In this document: in pieces, positions 56,101 through 64,000 of the stretch
Layout of the letters: every line of letters starts with the position of its first letter
How positions within the stretch are numbered: the first letter of the stretch is position 1
DNA from: Podarcis pityusensis
Taxonomy: Eukaryota
Reading direction: 5' to 3' (one strand)
Assembly: GCA_964106645.2 (NCBI GenBank)
Contig: OZ067041.1
DNA length: 64,000 nt
Made by a program: the position numbers and the translations under genes
The notes under the pieces: model-generated
What the model was told of the DNA's origin: nothing
Database searches by the model: none
The model's input: only the letters and a program-made list of their open reading frames with translations

Positions 56101-59100
56101 CTGAAAAGACTGGTTTGCAGCTTTAATAGTCCTTCCTGAATTGTGGTTATGAAGTATGTAACTGTAACTCTCAGTTCTCCTACACAATGAAGCCATCTAA
56201 AATGTTTCAGGCATGGCCAAAATTGGTCCTCCAGCTGTTTTGGGACTACAACTCCCATTATCCCTAGCTAACATGACCAAGTTTGGCCATGCCTGCATTA
56301 GGTCTTCCAAAATTAAATAAATAGTTGACACGTTCATATGAATTTTCAAAGGTTTTTTTTTTTTAATAAAAAGAGAAAAAGAAAAAAGAAAAAAGCTGTA
56401 TTTCAGTTACCTTCTTGTTGCATTTTTCACAATGATATGCATTTGCACCTTCCAGTAAGTCTCCCTTGACGTACTGTTCCAAGGAGTCAAGCAGGTTTTG
56501 GTGATTTCTTATATCTACATTCAGCGTTGTAAAAGATTCTTCACATTCGTACCTATTAATTGTTGGCAGATTAGGTTAAGTTATGCTGACAAAGTAATAG
56601 TATGAATTCAAGAAAATATTTTCATCCTGAAGCAAGGTTTTGAAAACAGTACCAAAAATGTGTATTTTAAGTGTACAAAACACTCAAGAAATCTGTTCCA
56701 TAGAGATTATAAATATGCTTATGACATTTTTTTCTCAACTGTCTCAGCACAACTTTATCAGTCCTGAAAAATAGCAATAGAAACGAGTGGATGATGACTA
56801 GCACCAAGACCTTCCTATCAGTACCCACAACTGTGATGTGTGAACAAGCAGCAAGTCAGTCTCTGAATCTGGACTTAAACTTTGGTAGGGAGTATTGTAC
56901 ATCTTAATCTGAAAATGTAAAATATCATAAAGTCTAGTATTTTGAATACACTTAAGGAACATTTAGAGTGCTTCACTATTATTTAACATTTACACAGCAT
57001 CAGCTTTCAAAAAAGCATTTTGAAATTGCACTCAAGATATAGTACCATATTTATTTTGATCATATTACAAATTCATTCTCCAGTTGCCTTTTGTAACCAA
57101 AACAGCACAATCCATGTACAATAGGGAGATATTACAGGCTCTAAAAATGACTTTAGGGCAAAGCTCTTTAAGGGGCAGGGGGGAAAAAACCTGAATTAAT
57201 AACGTCTAATAAGATCACAAACTATGACCATCTTTTACAGAGTGAAGTATCCTGGAAAAAGGCATGTCTGGCTGGCACCAGAAGAGGAGTGCTCCATACT
57301 GCATCATTTTGTTGCAAGTCCATCTTGGCAAACCAAATGACAAATTACAAACGTTAAGTGTGGGCTCACAAAAGCATGTTGCCTTGAGTGTCAGCAGCTA
57401 TAGCCATAGAGTTGCCTAGGCTTCTCTGGGGATGTCAGCACGAACCAGGCTATACTCAGATATATAACTGATATGTAACATCTGGTGATTGCCGTCTTAA
57501 TTACATCAGAAAATGTGTGTCTTGCTATCATAGAGCTGACTCTGAATTTTTTTTGGAAACTTTGGTTGATAACTTTCCTCAACATGGCTCAGAATGTTGC
57601 ATCAGCTGTATTTAGAGTAACTTGCTAATATGAACCACTCCTAAATGGTCTCTGTACTTTTCCATAAATGGGAGACTTGTAGCATATTTTTAGTGGATGC
57701 CCATTATTACTTTGATTTTATGAAAATGAGATGATAGAGAAGAAACACTTACCTATGTGGGCAGCCTTGACAGATCTTCTGATCAGCAAAGGAGCCTCCC
57801 AAAACTTTACTTAACATTGCTGGGTGACCCAAGGCTTTTAAAGCTTCATCTAGGCTATCCACCAAGGAGTTAAAAAATTCTAAAGCATCATGCTGTTCAC
57901 GTAGATTTACAGGCTCACCCCAGAGTCTAGGATGGAAGAGATTCTCATAATAAAAGCACACAGAGTTTCTAACAGCAAAATCAAGTAGCATGAACAAATT
58001 AAAGTAGTTTACATCACTATTATATAAATTTATCTTCATATAAGCTGAGCATTACAATTAGCTAGCAATCCTCATAAGTGCTGCACAGCTCGTAAAATAC
58101 GTAACCTAGTACTCTGGCTTACTCGGGGTGGCACTCAGCATACACAGATAGCAGACTGGCGGTGCCCATTTGGGGAACCACAAAATGAACTCCGATAGAC
58201 AAATCACTTTGCACTGCCTTCCCCTTATTGAGGTGAGGGAGGGGCGATGTGAAATGTAGTCTCAAAACTGGATGAACTCTGAAACTGGGGGGAAATGACC
58301 CGGCTCTAGTTCAGATATAAAAAGGCTAAATGTTCAGCGTGGTAGAGATATGAGCCCATTACTGTTTACATGAGCCTGAAACATGGGCTCTTACTCAAGT
58401 GCTCCAGCCACCTCCTCCTCCAGTAGACCACTCTCATGAGTGGGGCTTGCTCATATAGAAATGTGTAAGTTCCATTTCACACTGAAGACTTTTGCCTACT
58501 GTAGAGGAGGGTAAATGCTTGCTCCTGCGATATTTACACCCTACACAGAGGAACACAGGAAGCTGCCTTATACTGAGTCAGTCCACTGGTCCATCTAACA
58601 TACTTGTCTACACTGATTGGCAGCAGCTCTCCAGGGTTTCAGGCCAAGGTCTCTCCCAGCTGTACCTGGAGATGCCAGGGATCAAACCTGGGGCCTGCAT
58701 ACAAAGCAGGTGCTCTTACCCCTCAGCTATGGCCCTTCCACTCAGCCCATGTCTGAACTAGCCCATCTATACAGTGATTTTCTTGCTTTCTGCATGATTA
58801 AAAAGATACACATCACACTGTCACTTACGGAGTATATATTAAATTCCACTGCATTTCTTTAAACATAAACTGTTTCTATCATAAGACTTCACATAAACAC
58901 AGTTCAACGTAAGTTAATCTCCTATTTACCTGAATTGCTTCCAAAACCCTCTGGGTACATAGTACTGTAACCTAGAAGCTGCTAAGTGACCAAAGATGAC
59001 CTGGAGATGTCTTAAGACGCCTATGTTGTATTCTTTTCTGTCTTCTGTTTTACTTAAGCTTGGTTTATCTTCATACTGATGTGGATAGCCAAATACTTCA

Positions 59101-62100
59101 TCCCGTGGGTCAACATTGCTCTTTTAAAAAAGTAATGTAATATAAATGGTAAGCATGAAAAAATAAATAGAAATTAATATGCCTTATGAACAGAACCTAG
59201 TAATGTCTGCTAGAGAAATAATAGTAGTAGCTCAGATTAAATGCAAGTACATATGAAACCCTATGAAGGTTCTAATGTCAACTAAAGCAGTTCAGTTCCA
59301 AAGTCAGGGGGGGCAACCTAAAGATTCTCATACATAAGCAACAGGATTGTTCAGCTTGTGATTTTTACAGATATTGAAACATACATCAGTCTTTTCCAAT
59401 TACTTTTTCCAGTAAGTCCAAAACACCATGACTGTGCCATGCCTAGGAAGCTCCTCCTACCCTTGTGAGAGGCTTTTCAAAGGACTAGAAAGCCATATTG
59501 CACCCACTTGCTTCCACCTATGTATGTTGACATCTATACTCATGTACAAAAACAAAACTCATGGGAAGCAGCCCTCATGGTTTATTTATTTTTACTCTTT
59601 TTTCAGAGTAAATACAATCAAGATGATTTATTGTCATTATACGTTTATCCCTTTACCCATTATAATTGACCTTTATTACTAAATCTCATATACTGAAAAG
59701 AGGGAAAGGTTACTTTAATTAATAACAACCACCAAAGAGTTATTGTTGTTACTTATTGACAATAGTAAGTGTCTTATGGCACTTTAAAGACTAACAAAAA
59801 GCTTCTGCCGTAATCAATATGCTAGTCTTTAAGGTGTCGTAAGACTGTTTTTGCTTAAGAAAACTAGCACATCAATTCTTCAAAAATTGCTACATTTTAT
59901 TGAAATTACGCTTTCTACAGCTGTCTATGTAAAAAAAATTGCAGATTAATTAATAAAAAAGCTAAATAAAATGTACCACTAACATTATTAAAGAATAGTT
60001 CCAGAAATCAATCAAACTACTCTGAGTATGACCTTACTTGGGTGTCACCCAACGGGTTGAGATCTTTGTGTTTAATTAAACAATAAAAAGCAGCATGGGA
60101 CTACCAACTTTTGATTGCTTATTTATAGCAATATCAATTGTTTTGATAGTGGGCATTCTATTGTGTTGCACCAGTTTGGAATTGTTCTCCGGTTTTCACA
60201 AACAGTATCACTTTATGGTCTCCCCCGCCCCCAGAGGCCATAAATTCCTTTTTATTTCTCTTTAAGTCATCTATCAATTCTGAGTATGTGTAAAGTTGAA
60301 TATCTCCCATTATAACTAGATATACAGTATACAGTATAGAGCTACTACATTAGAATTTGTCAAGAACAATATAGTGTTACCTCGTTGTCTTGCTTCTCAT
60401 CTCCAGACATATCATCATCTACGTCACTTCCTGTGCCTTCAATTGCAAGGATTCCATTCCTGATGGCAGGAATCATGTACAGCTGCTGAATGACAGAATT
60501 CATGTAGCAAGTGGCACCTGCATTTTTTAGCCCTACAAATCCCTTTGGTGGTCGTGGTCCAACAGGTGGAAGATACTCCCATTCTGTTAGTGCTTCACAA
60601 GCTATGAGAAATCAATTGTATTAGAAAATTAGCTCAGCTTCTGAATAAAACTATACACTGCTGAACAGCCATTACCTTAATACTCTAGTACTGAATAAGT
60701 TCATTTTAAAGCCTGTTCCAGTGATCAATGAGACTTACTAAGTATATATTCTTATTCCAGTCCTTGGCACACAAAATCTCAGATTTGATATTTGCATTTA
60801 ATCAAAATGAAGCGTACAATAAAAAGCAGCTAAAAATTGAGTACCCCTTAAATCAGGGATAGTCAACATGGTGCCCACCAAGTGTTTTGGACACTACACT
60901 GCCTACTCCTGTTTTAAATAACTGTACTATTTAGAGATCACTAGCATTCTTGAGAGATTTGTAAATCAATTTATTAGCTTGCTTATACTAGGCCTGTAAA
61001 CAAATGGGACAGGATTCAAAGATCTATGGTGGGTCTTTGCACCAATGGGAACACCTCCTTCGATGTATTTTCCCTGCCCCCCCCAAAAAAAACCACACAC
61101 ACAACAACCTTAGACCATTGGGTACCTCTGAAGCAGTCTCAGATGTCAGTAATATCCTTTACTGAAATGCAAAATCCTACTACAAATGCCTATGTCTATA
61201 CAGGAACTGCTTCAATATGCAAAGCATGCATCCCAACCATAGATACTATTCTCTATGCATTTCATCTTAGGAATTATAATTAATATATCTGGCAATTATT
61301 TCAAGGAAAAGACAAATGATTATATCCAATGTCAATTAGATTGCAAATGGGTCTACAACATTCGATATCAAACAAAATACCATTTTGGAAAAGCAAAAAG
61401 GAAATGCAATTATTTGATTTCCAATAATGTCTAAAGCATGACAAATATTTAAATCAATATAAGCTTCATATTAAATATAGCATAAAATCTATGAAAAGTA
61501 CTTACTAGTTATTGCGGTGCCTATATAATACATTTCAGTCAAAGTATCTACTATTTGTTTGAGATTTCGGACACAGCCCACTGCAAGTGCTACTAGCAAC
61601 TCAAATCCAGCATTAATGGTAGCTGGGGAACTACAGACTGGTATGGCCTGCTCAGCGGGCAATTCTCCATTCCTCATGTACTGTAAGTAAACATTCGAGG
61701 CTGGAAAGATGAAATCATCTATTAACTCCTGAAAAACAAAAAAGGGAAAGGGGAAAAAAATCAAGTTATCCATAATTTTATTGCCATTTATATACTGTTC
61801 TTAATTCAAAACAGCAAAGTGGTCAACACATAAATAGTTAAAATACACAATGAGAAATACATTAAAAAATTACAAACACATCTCATAACTTCAAACAATA
61901 GCAAGACAATACAATTCAATAGATTATTCCACAACTCAGAAAGATTCAAAATCCAGAAAGAAAGCCCGAGTGAAGAGTGTCAAAGTGTTTACTGATGATG
62001 CTAGACACACCTCCAGAGGAAGGGAATTCCACAAGAAGGGCATCACAAATGAGAAGGCCCTTGCCTGGGTCTCATTCATCAGCAGCACTCAGAAAAGGGC

Positions 62101-63293
62101 CCCCTCCAAAGATCTCAATGGCTCGTCTAACACATACAGAAAAATGTGTTCTATCACACAGGCAATACCTGAACCAGAATTACCTACCACCACAAAATGT
62201 CTCATGACTTTAAACCTTTGGGGGTCAACTGCTAGAAGGAACGGAAGCCTGAACAAGGATTCCAAGGCAAAAAGCAAACCTAGCACCATTTTCCTGAGTC
62301 TAAGAAACAGCCCACTCGCCCTCAATAATACCCAATACACCCAATCCTAGCCCTTCCAATCCTTTAGCCATGCTCCAGCATGATCAAAATTCATAGGAAA
62401 TGTTTTAAAAAACCCACAATGAGTAGCACACTGAATTGAGCCAATCTATTACTGTACGGTAATGCTAAATCATGCAACTCTGCCTGCCCTGGGCAGTACA
62501 AAGGGACAAGTTATCAATGAAGTCCTTCCTCACATTAAACTGAGAAGTTCTGAATTCCAGCTTTATCTCACAGTATAATCCATCATTCACTTTTGCCTTT
62601 GATTTGTTAAAAAGTGGGTTTCTCACAAGATTATCAGAAGCAATTTTATGATGGACTGAATTCGTACATTTCTATAAAAACCATTTCCTGGTCTCCTAAA
62701 AATTATTCAAATTTAATTAAATCTATATGTTTGTTTACAAGTTCCTCCTTACCAAGCTACTTCATTATGATTTTAGTTTTTTCCATATAACAATTACTTA
62801 CTTTAATGAGATTAGCACCTCCTTTTTCACATCCAATATGGTACTTTTTTTCAGGAGTTTGAAATGCCAATAATTCCTTTGTTACTCCAAGGTGACCTTC
62901 CAGGATAGTCTCTTCTACACCTGTTTCTCCTGTTCTTTTCACTTCATCCTAAGAAAAGAAAAGAAAAAGAAAGAAAAAACGCTGTGTCATGAGTTCTGGG
63001 AACTCACTTTAAAATGAAAATATATACTGCTACAACTCATTACAAATATGCTCCCACCTTTCTGTCATATAAACATGGCAGCTAAAACATAAATGTTAAC
63101 AGATAAAACAATCAGTAAAATGAATAAAACTAACAACAAAACTTACCCTAATCCTTTTAAGCCAGTCTATTTCATTATTAAGCAGAACTTCAGCATTGGG
63201 CACATTAATATTACTATTGTATGCATAATTAAGAAGATGTCTTAATAGAGTAAAGTAGTCCCCTGAATGCTTAGCACGTTCTCGTGCAGTACT
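46342..63293 (-). CDS. USP9X: Ubiquitin carboxyl-terminal hydrolase USP9X (FAF-X), 3' part: 18 exons, 3573 nt, about 1190 aa (5' part lies beyond window end)
   Basis: Cys box [13 protein letters not shown] (Cys codon 60507-60509), His box SGGHYYSY (His codon 55627-55629), WYKFDD, C-terminus [16 protein letters not shown]...PPQTKE*. All junctions are GT-AG and in frame. Confidence 0.98.
47106..47116 (-). other. USP9X: Candidate USP9X microexon CAGAGCAGTTG (11 nt; 8/6/3-nt variants through tandem acceptors)
   Basis: About 105-nt AG-free pyrimidine-rich tract, TTCAG acceptor and TTG|GTAAGT donor. Confidence 0.55.
47853..47948 (-). CDS. USP9X: USP9X penultimate constitutive exon ([12 protein letters not shown]...GSQYQQ)
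   Basis: 96 nt, TAG/GTAAGC. Confidence 0.95.
48645..48857 (-). CDS. USP9X: USP9X exon ([11 protein letters not shown]...ELCPEE)
   Basis: 213 nt, CAG/GTAAGG. Confidence 0.95.
49201..49441. mobile_element. Tc1/mariner MITE (CAGTGGTACCTC family), opposite orientation, in a USP9X intron
   Basis: TIRs, TA TSD, reverse-complement homology to 36960-37180. Confidence 0.92.
49578..49734 (-). CDS. USP9X: USP9X exon ([14 protein letters not shown]...AYQILQ)
   Basis: 157 nt, TAG/GTAATT. Confidence 0.95.
50405..50560 (+). mobile_element. RTE-clade LINE extreme 3' end
   Basis: Encodes [18 protein letters not shown] zinc knuckle, then tail ACTCGGCTACGAGTGATCGCCAAAGAAG. Confidence 0.7.
50790..50878 (-). 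CDS. USP9X: USP9X exon ([14 protein letters not shown]...WQTH)
   Basis: 89 nt, AAG/GTTAGC. Confidence 0.95.
51216..51436 (-). CDS. USP9X: USP9X exon ([11 protein letters not shown]...SELLWQ)
   Basis: 221 nt, TAG/GTAAAA. Confidence 0.95.
51863..52083. mobile_element. Old Tc1/mariner (Tigger-like) MITE, second copy
   Basis: TA-CAG...CTG-TA ends; homologous to 3075-3283. Confidence 0.65.
52225..52410 (-). CDS. USP9X: USP9X exon ([11 protein letters not shown]...QSSIN)
   Basis: 186 nt, TAG/GTACTG. Confidence 0.95.
52909..53038 (-). CDS. USP9X: USP9X exon ([12 protein letters not shown]...MYANL)
   Basis: 130 nt, TAG/GTAATG. Confidence 0.95.
53066..53108. repeat. (ATT)14 microsatellite
   Basis: Perfect trinucleotide run. 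Confidence 0.97.
53970..54195 (-). CDS. USP9X: USP9X exon ([12 protein letters not shown]...PGPSSQ)
   Basis: 226 nt, CAG/GTATGC. Confidence 0.95.
54493..54616 (-). CDS. USP9X: USP9X exon ([13 protein letters not shown]...GPASD)
   Basis: 124 nt, TAG/GTATAT. Confidence 0.93.
55179..55929 (-). CDS. USP9X: USP9X large exon with His box
   Basis: 751 nt, [16 protein letters not shown]...[13 protein letters not shown]...LNPPP. Confidence 0.98.
56208..56295. mobile_element. Short hAT-type MITE
   Basis: 14-bp TIR CAGGCATGGCCAAA / TTTGGCCATGCCTG, core GGGACTACAACTCCCA. Confidence 0.75.
56411..56552 (-). CDS. USP9X: USP9X exon ([13 protein letters not shown]...CEKCNKK)
   Basis: 142 nt, TAG/GTAACT. 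Confidence 0.95.
57753..57926 (-). CDS. USP9X: USP9X exon ([18 protein letters not shown]...QGCPH)
   Basis: 174 nt, QHDA motif. Confidence 0.96.
58550..58738 (-). mobile_element. tRNA-derived squamate SINE (Squam3-like)
   Basis: Reverse complement of the family at 17255-17418. Confidence 0.8.
58930..59120 (-). CDS. USP9X: USP9X exon ([13 protein letters not shown]...GFWKQF)
   Basis: 191 nt, AAG/GTAAAT. Confidence 0.95.
60381..60601 (-). CDS. USP9X: USP9X exon with catalytic Cys box
   Basis: 221 nt, [36 protein letters not shown]... Confidence 0.97.
61506..61728 (-). CDS. USP9X: USP9X exon ([12 protein letters not shown]...YIGTAIT)
   Basis: 223 nt, CAG/GTAAGT. Confidence 0.95.
62802..62948 (-). 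CDS. USP9X: USP9X exon ([10 protein letters not shown]...GANLIK)
   Basis: 147 nt, TAG/GTAAGT. Confidence 0.95.
63147..63293 (-). CDS. USP9X: USP9X exon ([14 protein letters not shown]...WLKRIR)
   Basis: 147 nt, CAG/GTAAGT. Confidence 0.95.
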
Positions 63294-63924
63294 CTGTAAG
63301 AGAAAGAGGTCATGAGTAAATTCAAAAAGGTAGTTTACATTAACAGCAACACAGAATGATTCTTAAAACAAGAGTGGCGACCTCTTTATCCCTTCTCCAT
63401 CACTTGACATGTAAGGGAGAGGTGGATCTTGCAAGCAAAGACAACATGGAGACTTCTCCAGGAAACTGCCTTTACTTGACATTAGGGAGGAGACTTGCAA
63501 AAACCTTTGCAGATCTATCTCTCTCCCCCCCCCCCACCTTTCCCTTTTAAATACCTTATATTACATGGATCTAGCTCCCATCTCTACTCTTCGCTCATTA
63601 GCTGGTGTGGAGATTAAATCCTAATGTCTAGGTGGTGTGATCCTCTTGTCTGCTGGGACCAGAATCGCACAACTAATGCAATATTGAATCCTGCCCTTTC
63701 ACCTATCTGCTGACATTGCTAGTGATGACGGCTGATGAGTGGGTGGCCATGATTTGCGGGGGGAAACCTGGAGGGCCAAATGGACTGCCTGGAAGACCAA
63801 GATTAGCCTGTGGGACCAATGTCCCACACCCCCAATGTAGTTCAGAATCCTGTTCTCTCAGTTGGCCTATGCAACCAGATGGCCTATGCAAAGCCCCCAA
63901 GAATGACCTGAGGGCATACTGCTC

Positions 63925-63985
63925 TGATAGCATGAATCTGTCAAATCCCTTTTTAAAACCATCCAAGTTGGTGGCCATCATAGTT
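63925..63985 (-). mobile_element. CR1 LINE ORF2 terminal fragment
   Basis: MATNLDGFKKGFDRFM matches the CR1 C-terminal pattern. Confidence 0.6.
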
Positions 63986-64000
63986 TACCTATGCTCTCCC

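Overview
Vertebrate genomic DNA. The repeat content (Sauria-type SINE, tRNA/CR1-tailed SINE, RTE/L2/CR1/L1 fragments, hAT and Tc1-mariner MITEs) points to a squamate, probably a lacertid lizard. Three intron-containing genes are present. (1) The 5' end of DDX3X on the minus strand, with a TATA/Inr CpG-island promoter near 9.1-9.6 kb, exons 1-3 and extra N-terminal cassette exons; the gene runs off the left edge. (2) A complete RPL8 gene on the plus strand: 5'TOP first exon, 5 coding exons, 257 aa, one GC-AG intron. (3) The 3' portion of USP9X on the minus strand: 18 coding exons and about 1190 codons including the catalytic USP domain, plus a long 3'UTR with a 188-N gap. Most ORFs in the supplied track are spurious. 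The most interesting signals are splicing and RNA-structure features: a candidate USP9X microexon that would create a stop codon across the last exon junction, a cluster of cassette or poison-type splice sites after DDX3X exon 3, and a near-perfect ~47-bp hairpin in RPL8 intron 4. RPL8 also sits between USP9X and DDX3X, unlike in human. No prokaryotic-type system, CRISPR array, rRNA or tRNA gene was seen.
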